Assembly (NCBI GenBank): GCA_963693365.1
Contig: CAVNZM010000003.1
Location: forward strand, 12,925,252-12,989,251
Direction of reading: 5' to 3'
DNA from: Amoebidium appalachense
Lineage: Eukaryota; Protista; Ichthyosporea
DNA: 64,000 nt
Shown one piece after another: positions 15,701 to 26,600 of this stretch. Numbering within the stretch: the first letter of the stretch is position 1; each line of letters starts with the position of its first letter. Under the pieces are notes generated by a model, which ran no database searches, was not told the DNA's origin, and saw only the letters and a list, made by a program, of their open reading frames with translations. A program made the position numbers and the translations under genes.

Positions 15701-15860
15701 CACCCTCGAGTATAGCCCACACTGTCTCCGAGTCCTCTTCATTAATGAGCAATCTGGCATCAGACGAACCGGATTGTAGTGCTACAGCACATGAGGGCAG
15801 TGGCACCAAGGCAGACCCGCCTGTGTCCATCAATGTGTTGGTTACAGCATGGACCCCCAT
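12723..15860 (-). CDS. Fibre/tail-fibre-like coiled-coil protein with 54-aa tandem repeats
   Basis: Many KAD/KAN heptad motifs. About 6 copies of NTGTYTAPxxGPAxGKTDMAAAVTAINAQVNTNTxxKADKTYVDTQLxLKSD. Beta-rich C-terminal head. Likely start MGVHAV at 15860. Confidence 0.7.
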   Translation of the reverse strand: MGVHAVTNTLMDTGGSALVPLPSCAVALQSGSSDARLLINEEDSETVWAILEGGCAFVAPNNGVYAADCVDRKTSILKLSPVPEDDYTGPLYIQPAVWCLRDLAGRTCLRVGTTGKVSTRLGDLATQQDVGAGMEGLAEGLKAELAHKASTAAVYALQEQLQEGLAHKANTEQVAMLEGQLLYKTDAAVTAAIGNRLETTEGSLTILEEKTGLLAKALENKAQASKGQVWTLEERTDNLDTLVAQKADLALVEALSEGKLDAQWLEDWQQQDQQIQLRFDGLEASVDGVTDDIANMRIVLTGKAEQLALEDVKVRLLDRIELAERALNLVRAALEEKAQQAALQELSTMMDIRTQNLKADIANVEASMGVQLKTKANIETVEKLKTDVTAKADRTELAVLEARVELLPDTKTVTNWLLQKADLTSLAALERTVSTKADTTDLDQTREQLALKADLAATTTQLTEKASKTSVELLQSNITQLAGAVATTDGAVANLDRSIHALENVIGVYTPPVMGATASASTIAAAIDHINSKIGTYSTPTVGTGPAEGMATIGDAVMIINAQVGANMRDKTDKVYVDTQMATKADISNTGTYTAPPSGPAMGKTDMAAAVTAINAQVNTNTNVKANKTYVDTQLDLKSDRSNTGTYTAPTIGPATGKTDMAAAVTAINAQVNTNTTRKADQTYVDTQLGLKSDITNTGTYVIPTTGPATGKTDMATAVNAINTQVYTNTTTKADKAYVDTQLGLKSDKSNTGTYTAPTTGPAAGSTTIAAAITSINTQVNSNTTAKADKTYVDTQLALKTNNLLVGSYAAPTTGPASGKTQIGPAVTSINSQLATNNLGTVNVSALKSTVDLLPDKVYVDAKVQALTNTINTAVLGPRVSLVRFLGCQKFGMGPSWGTTQWNASFAEGLDNGLFSGEAFIRITVMAWGFGIGEFGNNINAIHTFHGDIWGPSMTFSGLNGTGTMSIYTSVGPYINARLEGAWPNNWSLSLRRNASIPLGAAFHLWIHTVCPHYGTAVATSDMPRTAVSGYKYSGYDVAWGQTLW

Positions 15861-15928
15861 GCCAATAGATTGGGAATTGCCAAATTTTTTGTATGGGTGG
15901 AGAGGCTGGGACCATGTTTGTGTGTATG

Positions 15929-16000
<72 letters not shown>

Positions 16001-16009
<9 letters not shown>

Positions 16010-19000
16010 GTGTGGGTAAACGGAGAAGCAGAGAGCACAGATGGGTGTTATGTAAAACACAACACAAAGACACACGGGAAAAACACAACCGGAGAGGAGG
16101 AACGATTTCTGGAACCATAGGAAGTGAATACGACTGCTTATGATTTATTTCAAGATGAGGTCCCTTTTATACTTGGGAATGTGAAACGATAAACCAATCA
16201 AAAGAATGAAAACTATGAGTGTAAAATATATCGAATAAAATGTCTGTCGACATTTAGAATATAAAACTCAATCCTCCAATGAAAGAAACTTCTAATAAAA
16301 GCACGGAAACATTTAATAAAATGAAACCACTTATGTAACTATTAATTCATAACATATATTTATACATGTTCTTATCATAACACGTCTAAATATAATTATT
16401 CCTAATAGTTGAAGAACATAGCACAATGCTACGTCGTGGGAAAGAAATGAGAAAGGAATGTAAGTTACTATATTTGGGAAAATACAAACGAGATATGATT
16501 GGATGACATATATAGATTTTGACGCAAACGACAATACGTGTGCGCGAGCTAAGTATGTCGATACGTACACAGATCTAAGATGTCGTGTACACGGAAACGG
16601 AAAAGAAAGAAAGAAATGAAGAAAGGAAAAAGGAAACAAACTACAACAACTAATAAATAAATACCAAACTCAACTTCTAAGTCTTGCTGAGAATTAAGTG
16701 AAGATGACATCCCCACTCAAGGGTTGGAAGTTGGGTTCTCGTGAAGTTTGTTGATTGGACTGTTGATGTTAAGACTTTCACACATGTAGAAGTAGGTGCC
16801 GTGAAGTCACAGTCAAGTTTCCCCACTCGAGAAGACAATGGAGAAGACTTGAAGGTGCAAGCCGGGGAAGAAAACCAAAACGGAAGAAGCACACAACGAC
16901 GGTTGCCTCTGAAGACTCGGAAGATGACGGTAGCCAATGACGTGATATATAAATATATATAGAAGAAACAACTAGTGTATGTGTGACGTGTTGGTGGCTA
17001 ATGATAAATACATTATATATATGGTGGTATATAAATAAACGACGGATGGTGGAGAAGAAATCCCCACTGAAGATGCACACACTGAAGATCGATGAAGACA
17101 GCAGTAGACTTTCGTTGGGAGGTGTCTCTACACGGTGATGTGTAGACCACTGGCCAGGGCCCCAACCTACTTGAAGACCACTGTAGATGAACCGGGGGGG
17201 GGGGAGGGGGGGGGGGGGGCACACTCAGTCACGAAGACTGAGTGAATCACGGTGCTGCTCGTGGGAGGGCCCGGGCAGGGGCTTGGTGAAGATGTCAGCC
17301 ACGTTGTCTTTGCTGGACACGTAGGTGACGACCACATCCCCACTCTTGATGTAGTCCTTCGTGTTGTGGTAACAGACTGCAATGTGTTTGGTCCGGTGCT
17401 TGATGCTGTTGGTGTGCAGGAGGGCAATGGTGGACTGGTTGTCACAGTAGACGGGGGTGGGGTCGGTCATCGGGTAGCCGAGTTCACGGAGGAGATCACG
17501 GTGCCAGATGACGTTTTGAACAGCAGCATTGATGGCCAGAAGCTCAGCCTCGGTGGTGGATGTTGCCGTGATGGACTGCAGCTTCGAATACCATGTGATG
17601 GGTATGCCCTTGAAGAAGATGACGTATCCGGTGGTTGAACGACGGGTGTTGGGGCAGTTGGCAAAGTCAGCATCAGAATAACACTCCAGCAAGGGGGTGT
17701 TGTCGTCGGAAGCAGACTTGTCGTAGTGAAGGCCGAGGTTGGAAGTGCCGATGAGGTACCGAACTACACGGAGTAGACATTCCCATGCAAGTTTGGTGGG
17801 GTTGGCACTGAATCTACCGAGGTAGCCGATGGCAAAGGAGATGTCGGGCCGGGAACAACGAGCAACCCACAAAAGACGGCCGAGTAGTTCACGGTAGGGA
17901 ACCTTGATGGGTGGTGAGTCGTTCTCGTTGATGGTGATGACGGTGCCGACGGGAATGGGAGTAGCCTTGGGGTGAGCATCGTTGAGGTTGAAGTCTCTGA
18001 CGATGTCGTTGATGTAGGATTGCTGAAGCAGCTTGAGGTGACCGGGGGTGTGGATGAGCTGGGTGCCAAGGAAGATGTCGGGAAGGTCAACCTTGCAGAG
18101 AGCTGACTTCATGATGTGGTCTACTAGATCCTTGGTGTGGGAGGAGTTGGCCGTGCAGATGATGATGACGTCGTCCACATAGTTGCCAGTGAGGATGATG
18201 TCACCGTTGGGGAAGGTCTTGATGTAGACACATGGATCTGAACGGAGACGTTCGAGACCGTGAGCAAGGAGGACCTTGTCGAAGTACTCATACCAGGCCA
18301 GTGATGCTTGCTTGAGCCCGTAGAGTGCCTTCTTAAGTTTCCAGACCTTGTGTTCGTTGCCGGGGGTCATGAAGCCAGGTGGTGGCTCAATGTAGATGTC
18401 TTCTTGAAGAGGACTGTTGAGGAAGGCAGTTGAGACGTCGAGTTGATGAATCTCATGGTTGCCGTCCACACCGATGGCAAGGAGGGCACGGACGGAGGAG
18501 GACATCACCACGGGGGAAGAGGTGTCACCGTAGTCAACACCGTAGACTTGAGTGAAGCCCTTTGCAACACCACGAGCTTTGATCTTGGTGTCACCGGCTG
18601 AGTTGAGGACTTTCTCAGTCACAATCCACTTGAACTTGATGATGTTGGCACCAGGGGGGGGGATCAACAATGGTGAAGACATCCTTGGTGATGAAGGCTT
18701 GGTACTCGGAGGTGAGGGCAGCTATGACGGCATCACCGTTGGGACCGTTGCAAAGCTTTTGAATGCCCTTGGGGAGCTGGTCAATGTTGATGGTCGGTGC
18801 TACGATGCTGACCAGTGCCGTTGGAGTCTTGGTGAGACGTGTAGACCGACGAAGGTTGGGCTTGGGGGGGTCCTTGAGGGGGGTGGTGGCCGGGTAGGTG
18901 GTGGAGGCCGGGATAGGGGCATGGAAGCCAGGAATAGGACCGGTGGTGAGGGGGGCATCGGTGTCCACAGGGCTGCTCGTGGCCGAGTGGAAGGTGGGGG

Positions 19001-22000
19001 ACCCAGGACGAACCGGAGTCATGTAGCCGGGTTGATGCACAGCAACGGGGGGGCCGGCAGCAAGGGTTGTTGGCCAGTGGGGGGGGGGCTCGGGGGAGGC
19101 ACGGGTTCAACCGGGGCTGGTTGGTTGTGCCAGGACGGTTGGGAGATGACCACAGACGGAGTTTCATCGTCGTCGTCGGAGGGGGGGTCCAATGTCGGCA
19201 GATCGGGTTTGGGGGGAACGGAGACCTGATTGGTGCTGCCCGTGAATTTCGACTCGTCGAAGATCACATCACGGCAGATCTTGATTTGGTTGCTGGCAAG
19301 GTCGAGGATCTTGTGTGCCTTGGAGGGTAGGTCCCAGCCGACGTAGGTGCCGACTCTGACGGTTGATGCCAGCTTGTTCCTCTTTGACCGGGGAACATGG
19401 ACATAGGCAGGGGAGCCGAACACGTGGAGCTGGGAGACGTCGGGTTTGAAGCCGTGGAAGGCCTCGAAGGGAGTGTTGCCGTTGGCAGCAGATGACGGTG
19501 TGACGTTGATGATGTAGCTTGTATGCTTGAGAGCAGCAACCCACAACTTGGGAGAGAGAGGTTGGTCCTTGTCGGCATGGAGGAAGCAACGGACTGTCTC
19601 TTGCAGTTCTCTCATCTTCCGTTCAACAACACCATTGTGTTGTGGTGTGTCGACGGGGGCAAACTCCATGATGATGCCTTTCTGCTTGCAGTAGGCCTCG
19701 GTGTCCTTGGAGGTGAATTCAGAGCCGGAGTCAAACCGAAGATGGGTGACGATCTCAGGTGTCTGACGTTCGATGGTTTCAACGAGAGACTGAATGTGGC
19801 TGAGGGTTTCACCACGGTTGTAAAGGGGGAACACGGTGGTGTAACCGGTGGCATCACAAACACACACCAGAGCAACCTTGTAGCCTCCGTAGGAAGCACA
19901 GGGAGCTTCGAAGAAGTCCAGGTGCCACTTAGCACCGGGAATGGTGAACTTGGAACGGGTGTCGGGAAAGGGGGCCTTGGTGGTCTTGCCAGACATGCAG
20001 CCGAAGCAGTCACTGTTGTCGGGTGACTTGAGGGAGGGGGGCATGCCGATGACAAGCTCATCCTTGGCCATCCTGGTGACGGTGGAGAGGGCACGGTGGC
20101 CGAGACGGTTGTGCCAAAGGGTGAGGTCGTCGGGTGGTTGAGTCCTTGCTGTGTAGGCTTGGACCCCCGGGTGTTTAGGAGTCTCAATCACATAGTCAGT
20201 GATGTAGTAGAGACCGTCGAGGGGGGTGAGATCTGTAATAATGTCACCATTACGGCTGTAGAGGAACGACGGGTGGTTGTCTGTATCGTCACAATGACCT
20301 AGGAGGCCGGCAGCTGATGCCATGGAGGTAGACACGAGGAAAGACGGTGCCTCGGGTACGTAGTAAGCATTGATGCTGCACGGTGTTGGGTGGCCGTTGT
20401 AGTGCAGTGTTATGTTGATGATGCCACGTTGTTTGGCATTGACTGTGCCGAGGCCGTGAATGGGGGTGGGAGGACACGGGGTAAGGGAGGAGAAATACTC
20501 CTTGATGGGGCAGATGTGTGCATTACAAGCACTGTCCCAGACGGGGTCGTTACTGTCAGGTGTGCCGGTGGAGGAGATGAGTGCAAATTTCACACTCTTG
20601 TCACCTTTCTCCTGCTTGGCACGACGAGCAACTGTGCAGCCAGGCTCCGGGCATGCTGTGATGTGGTGGGGCTCATGGCAGTAGGAACACTTCACACTGT
20701 TGGTGTTGTGCTGTCGGTTACGGTTGTCCCTGTTACCACGGTGGTAAGGGGAAGTTGAACGGGGGCCGGGTGACTTGGAGGGAGGACGAGGATCACGGGA
20801 ACGGGACGGGGAACGGTGAGGTGTATGCTCACGTCGAGGAATACGGTTACGGAGGTCACCGGGGGGAAGCACTCTGCTCTGGAGTGCACGGAGGGGACGG
20901 TTGTTGACGGTTGCACCTGTGCCTGCGTCGATGAGGCCGGCACGGATTTCAGCTCCTCGGATGTCACTGATGAGCATGTTGAAGGACGGGTAAGCCTTGT
21001 TGTTCATCCAGTAGTCGGAGCAGAGACGTTCAATGTCGGGGCAGACCAGGGCTGTGTTCTTCCGGATGTGGAGGAAGAACTTACGTACGACATCCTTGTG
21101 CTGGACGGGTTCGTCGAGGCAGGCAAGTGTCGTAGCCAGACGTTGGAGACGGGTGAGGTATGCTGTGACGTTGGGGTAGTCTCGTAGTTCAAGCTCCTCG
21201 AAGGTGACTTGAATCTGGGTGACTCGGGCCTCCTTCTCTGCTACATACGCCATACGTAGGTTGTGGAAGACTTCACCACCGTGGACACCGTCTTGCATCC
21301 GGCCGGAGTCGTAGAGCTCGGTCGGGTGGACGGACTGGTTGAGGATCTGGTCGAGGACGTCGGAAGCTTTCTTGTAGGAGTCCTTGGTGGTGTAGCCTAG
21401 CCACTGGTTGGCTTCAGCGCCGTCAACCCACTGTGGCCTCTTGATAGCGTCAACGAATTTCTCGGCAATGGTGGTTCTAATGAACCGGTGAATGAGTGGC
21501 TCCCACTCGAAATAATTAAGACGTTTCTCGTCTCGTTTCTCGGACGGATTCCATATTGGAAGGTTGATATACGACGCTTTGTCAGTCATGATTGAAGCAG
21601 TAAGACTGAGAGATTTTCGCGGTTGTAGCGAGATTGTGTGTTAGCGTGCAAAGGGGCCGTAAACCTGTTATTTTGTGTGGGTAAACGGAGAAGCAGAGAG
21701 CACAGATGGGTGTTATGTAAAACACAACACAAAGACACACGGGAAAAACACAACCGGAGAGGAGGAACGATTTCTGGAACCATAGGAAGTGAATACGACT
21801 GCTTATGATTTATTTCAAGATGAGGTCCCTTTTATACTTGGGAATGTGAAACGATAAACCATCAAAAGAATGAAAACTATGAGTGTAAAATATATCGAAT
21901 AAAATGTCTGTCGACATTTAGAATATAAAACTCAATCCTCCAATGAAAGAAACTTCTAATAAAAGCACGGAAACACTTAATAAAATGAAACCACTTATGT

Positions 22001-22371
22001 AACTATTAATTCATAACATATATTTATACATGTTCTTATCATAACACGTCTAAATATAATTATTCCTAATAGTTGAAGAACATAGCACAATGCTACGTCG
22101 TGGGAAAGAAATGAGAAAGGAATGTAAGTTACTATATTTGGGAAAATACAAACGAGATATGATTGGATGACATATATAGATTTTGACGCAAACGACAATA
22201 CGTGTGCGCGAGCTAAGTATGTCGATACGTACACAGATCTAAGATGTCGTGTACACGGAAACGGAAAAGAAAGAAAGAAATGAAGAAAGGAAAAAGGAAA
22301 CAAACTACAACAACTAATAAATAAATACCAAACTCAACTTCTAAGTCTTGCTGAGAATTAAGTGAAGATGA

Positions 22372-22373
<2 letters not shown>
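16001..22373 (-). mobile_element. Ty1/copia LTR retrotransposon 2, inserted in a (TG)n tract
   Basis: LTRs at 16001-16709 and 21666-22373 (TG...CA, about 2 differences seen); TSD GTGTG; PBS GGTTTACGGCCCC (21653-21665, minus strand); PPT GAGTGGGGA (16710-16718, minus strand). Confidence 0.97.
17225..21589 (-). CDS. Copia Gag-Pol, broken by frameshifts at homopolymers near 19050 and 18660
   Basis: CSYCHEPHHITAC, WDSAC, LWHNRLGH, RFDSGSEF, NGVVERK, YVDD, YSDADFA; collinear with element 1. Confidence 0.95.
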
Positions 22374-22469
<96 letters not shown>

Positions 22470-22706
22470 GCGTGCCCCCCCCCCCCCCCCCCCCCCCCTC
22501 TCTTTTTTCTTTGTCCTCCCCCCCCCCCTTTTTTTCTTTGCCCCCCCCACCCTTCCCCTTTTTTGCGCCCTCTCCCCTCCCCTCCCCAATCTTATCCCCT
22601 CCCCCCCATCTTATCTCCCTTCCCCCCTCCCCTTTCAAATTATCCACGCCGTTTCGGTGAGTGTGTGCTCTTTATTTTTGTCCCTCCCTCAGACATTGTA
22701 GCTATC

Positions 22707-23347
22707 ATGACCACTGCCGTGAGGGTGGTAGCTTTTGATGTCGGTATAACACACATGGCTGTGTGTGGTTTGGATGTGTTCGGACCAGGGCAACCCCCTC
22801 GTGTGTACATGTGGCGCGTTGTATCCCTGGGTTGCAAGGTAATGCGCCAGTGCATGTCGCCGTGCCTGGCCTGGTGGGGCTGGTAAGGGCCCTGGCAGCA
22901 GATGGTGCCTTTGTGGGTGCACATGCGGTGGTAATTGAATGCCAGATGCACTCCAGGATGATGTGTATGTCATCGGCCCTGCAGGCATGTGTCATATGCG
23001 TGGCACCTGACACACCGGTGGTATTCCAGCACCCTGCCCGAAAGGCATGTGCGCTGATGGTGGCAGGCCTGGCTGATTCCAGCCAGCCGGGGGGACACTC
23101 AAGATTGTCAATCACTAAGCGTCAGGCATACAAGAAAAACAAGCAGACTGGCATTGTCGACGTGCGGCGGGTGCTGGATCTGCCTGGGATGCAGGAATGG
23201 GCGGGTGTGTTTGATGGCCATGCAAAGAAGGATGACCTAGCCGATGCCCTTCTTCACGCACTGTACTGGGGGGCCAGTAGGGCAAAGGAAATGAAGCGGG
23301 TGGTGGCCACTCTGGATCCCTGGAGTGGGGAAACATGTGTGTTTTGA
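22707..23347 (+). pseudogene. RuvC-like Holliday junction resolvase (poxvirus A22 type), with a 1-nt frameshift near 22838
   Basis: VVAFDVGITHMAVC in one frame; VVIECQ...YKKNK...KKDDLADALL in the next. Confidence 0.85.
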
Positions 23348-23607
23348 CGGTCCAGCCGGCACAACAAGACTTTTTTGTGTTGGGCTACATATTACAGGTC
23401 CCTGTCTCCATACAAACATGCAGTGGTCCAGTTGCCATTCTTGCCATTATCCTCGCATTAGCACAAGGCCTTTCCGCCGTAATTTATGAATATGGCATAC
23501 GCGATATTAGCGATAGTCAATTCGGGGGCGTGTGGAAATCTGGTGGACTTGCTAGTATTATTATTGCCATCACGCTGGCCATCCTAAACGCTGTAAACAT
23601 GCTTTGA
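23335..23607 (+). CDS. Small putative membrane protein
   Basis: Two or three hydrophobic segments; fills the gap between genes. Confidence 0.5.
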   Translation: MCVLTVQPAQQDFFVLGYILQVPVSIQTCSGPVAILAIILALAQGLSAVIYEYGIRDISDSQFGGVWKSGGLASIIIAITLAILNAVNML

Positions 23608-23617
23608 ATGAGCCAGA

Positions 23618-24469
23618 TCAAAAGACAACAGGGGCCGCTGCACACACCTTGAGTGACTCTATACCGCACTGGTCTGCTCCTCTCCTAAACCGCATGAAGC
23701 CCTTGGCTCCCCAGCTGTTTTTGATGGTCCAATAGGGGCCCTGCACTGGGCAGTGCCCATATCCAACAATAACCACACAGTGGCGTTCAACCAATGGGGA
23801 TGCTGGGTCGCACACGTACACATTTGTTTTCATGTCACCGGCCGCGCACAAGTCCAAAAGGTCTTGGTGTAGCTGGAATTCCGCAGTGACCGGCCCAGAT
23901 GCGTGGAGTTCAGCACAAATAGCTGCCTCTCCCCCTGTTACACGGTACATGGGACCGTTTCGATACCGCGGAAGGGCCCTCAAGGCAGTCTGTGTAGGTG
24001 TGTGTTCTTTGTGGTCAGCCTCGGCAGCTGTGACCTTGACAAGGGATGGGCACCGAGGGCATGCTGTGAATCCGCTCTTTCTACCGTATGCAAAGGTATT
24101 CTCAACATAGCCACCCGCACACAGGGCCTTGCCATCCAGGTGCAAATTTTGTAACACCTCGTAAATGTCAAATGGCCGTGTCATCTTCCATCGAGCAGCC
24201 ATGACCGTCAGGGGTGCTGTCACCCAACAAGACCCACAGCCCTCCTGATCATATGCCCAGCCCTCCAGGGCCTCTGTCCCTTCGCACATATATTGGTCAG
24301 TTCGCCATTCATGTGCAGTGATGGTGGTGGCTGGAATGTGCTTCAGCGAAGCTGCGGTTGTTCCTCCCGTATGTGCACTTGTATAACAGCCAATGGCCAG
24401 CGCTGTCAGAAATACTACCAGCACTGACAAAACAGCAAGGGATAGAGTAATGGTCTTTTTGGTGGACAT
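23618..24469 (-). CDS. Papain-like (C1A) cysteine protease with N-terminal signal/TM segment
   Basis: DQEGCGSCW, CAGG, HCVVIVGYG, YWTIKNSWG. Confidence 0.93.
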   Translation of the reverse strand: MSTKKTITLSLAVLSVLVVFLTALAIGCYTSAHTGGTTAASLKHIPATTITAHEWRTDQYMCEGTEALEGWAYDQEGCGSCWVTAPLTVMAARWKMTRPFDIYEVLQNLHLDGKALCAGGYVENTFAYGRKSGFTACPRCPSLVKVTAAEADHKEHTPTQTALRALPRYRNGPMYRVTGGEAAICAELHASGPVTAEFQLHQDLLDLCAAGDMKTNVYVCDPASPLVERHCVVIVGYGHCPVQGPYWTIKNSWGAKGFMRFRRGADQCGIESLKVCAAAPVVF

Positions 24470-24550
24470 ATTTCTTGCGGGAGCAAATAAAAAAATACAA
24501 AATTTAAGCCAGTGCACGTGTTGTGTGGCTATGGATATGTGAATGGGGGT

Positions 24551-24552
<2 letters not shown>

Positions 24553-24621
<69 letters not shown>

Positions 24622-24930
24622 ATGGGTGGATGGGTGGGTGGGTGGGTGGGTGGGTGGGTGGGTGGAGGGGTGGAGGTGTGGGTGGAGGGGTGGAGGGGTG
24701 GGTGGGTGGGTGGGTGGGTGGGTGGGTGGGTGGAGGGGTGGGTGGGTGGGTGGGTGGGTGGGTGGGTGGGTGGGTGGGTGGAGGGGTGGAGGGGTGGAGG
24801 CCTGGGGGTGGGTGGTGGGTGGGGGGTGGAGGGGTGGAGGGGTGGAGGCCTGGGGGTGGGTGGTGGGTGGGGGGGTGGAGGGGTGGAGTGTCAGGTGGAG
24901 GGGTGGGTGGTGGGTGGGTGGGGGGGGGGG
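24553..24930. repeat. (TG)n followed by a (GGGT)n/GGAGGGGT G-rich tract
   Basis: Direct sequence. Confidence 0.9.
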
Positions 24931-24935
24931 CTGTG

Positions 24936-25382
24936 TTACAAACACCCTAGCAGGCTCATTTCGTCCTGACGGCAGGCATGGCGCCGCTCCATACAACGCA
25001 CTAGATTGCGTGCCAGCGCTCCCAGCTGTCGTTCCTCTGCGTGAGGCACATAAAAATCCAACGAAGCAAGTGCATAGCTTGCTCCGCACGTACCACACGG
25101 CACGCGCACTCCCAAATGGCGCGCCAGGTGCTTGCCCAGTGCGTCCCGTTTCGCAAAAATGCGCCTTGTGGACCTTTTTGTGCAAAGTGGGCAGGCATAG
25201 ACACTGGAACGTCCATCTAGACCTCCCAGCCGTAACTGCTCATTTGCGGTCAGGGCCCCCACAGACAACACACAGCCATCGCTTTTGTCAAAAACGCCCA
25301 CATGGACGTCCATTATGTGCACCCAGCATAAAAGGGCGCTTGGGCACTCTTTGCCACACAACAAGCAACACAATGGCGCCAT
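24936..25382 (-). CDS. C2H2 zinc-finger protein
   Basis: CLLCGKECPSALLCWVHIMDVH and CPLCTKR...LGKHLARH, plus CGTC. Confidence 0.7.
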   Translation of the reverse strand: MAPLCCLLCGKECPSALLCWVHIMDVHVGVFDKSDGCVLSVGALTANEQLRLGGLDGRSSVYACPLCTKRSTRRIFAKRDALGKHLARHLGVRVPCGTCGASYALASLDFYVPHAEERQLGALARNLVRCMERRHACRQDEMSLLGCL

Positions 25383-25471
25383 TTGGGTCGCTGGTTGTAT
25401 CTGTCCTGTTGTGTATAAAAAGCCGCGCACAACACTTGTTCTGTCAAAACAATATTCGCACAACCAACAAC

Positions 25472-25744
25472 ATGGCAACACGTTATGGCGGAAGACCTCC
25501 TGTGCCCACCACTGTCTTCACCTTGGACCCGCCGGTCATGGAGTCTGCAGCGGAACCCGTGGAGGAGGCCACCACGGCTGAGAGCAGCGATGAGTCTGGC
25601 TACGAGGAGGCTATTGCGGAGGTGTGGGCGCTGATTTGCCGCAAGCAGGACGAGGGCTATCTTATCTTTGACCGTGTCAGGGGTATCCTGCCATTCAGAA
25701 AGCTGGTTCTCAAGAACTCATCTCCCATCCCATCCCACTACTAA
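25472..25744 (+). CDS. Small acidic hypothetical protein
   Basis: MATRYGG... ORF preceded by TATAAAAA at 25414. Confidence 0.55.
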   Translation: MATRYGGRPPVPTTVFTLDPPVMESAAEPVEEATTAESSDESGYEEAIAEVWALICRKQDEGYLIFDRVRGILPFRKLVLKNSSPIPSHY

Positions 25745-25820
25745 AAGCACGCAAAAACACGGTCATGCATGATGGCCCTCCGTTTTTTTATTCTATTCCT
25801 GTGGCACCCATAGCATAGCC

Positions 25821-26345
25821 ATGCCTCCCATGTACATTCGCACAATGCGCAAGCGCAAAGCGGACAAGCTGATTGGCCGAGACAGCGACAAGGTGGAGAC
25901 CCCTACATGGCTATTGGAGCATCTCAAGGCTGAGTTTCCAATTGATGCCGACCCGTGTCCTATTGACTGGGCACCCAAGACCCACCGCAACGCGTTGAGA
26001 TCGACCCGTGTGTGGGGAAAGTGCAGTTTTGTGAACCCACCGTTTAGCGGTGTAGCCGCTTTTTTGGAGCGGGCCCTTGCACTTTTGCACAAAGAGGGGA
26101 AGGAGAGTGTGTTTCTAATCCCCGCGCGCACAGAGAGCCACTGGTGGCATGATTTGGTAATGAAGCATGCAACAGAAATTCGCCTCATTAGGGGTCGTAT
26201 AAGATTTGAAAATTATGACACTGCCTTTTTTTATGGACTTGCTGTTGTGGTATTCAGCAAGGCTAAGGACACCGACACAGTACAACCCAAAATTTTCAGT
26301 TGGCAGGTTCCCCAGCCCAAATTTGATCCTACTTGTAACCAATAG
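25821..26345 (+). CDS. Phage-type DNA N6-adenine methyltransferase (Dam family)
   Basis: ETPTWL...DADPC...FVNPPFS...VFLIPARTESHWW...IRGRIRF. Confidence 0.9.
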   Translation: MPPMYIRTMRKRKADKLIGRDSDKVETPTWLLEHLKAEFPIDADPCPIDWAPKTHRNALRSTRVWGKCSFVNPPFSGVAAFLERALALLHKEGKESVFLIPARTESHWWHDLVMKHATEIRLIRGRIRFENYDTAFFYGLAVVVFSKAKDTDTVQPKIFSWQVPQPKFDPTCNQ

Positions 26346-26600
26346 ATCAAATGTTTTTGCCCCACAACGGCCTATCAAGTCTGTTCGATGGCTATCACAA
26401 CGCATCACTAGTTTACACGCACTGCACCCTTATACATACATAATTACATTTCATATCTACTACAATTACACTCATTATTGCTGATACCAGTGTTTGCACA
26501 CCTTATCGTTTGGTTAGATTTTTACACCTTGATCTGTTTTATCTGCTAGAAAAAAGTCAATAAACATCTATGCTCACACAAACACACGGATGTGTTGGTC

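Noticed and set aside
15861-16118. N-terminal extension of the 1131-aa fibre ORF
   Set aside because: It runs through a (CA)n tract into the copia LTR, and the same peptide recurs at 21586-21783.
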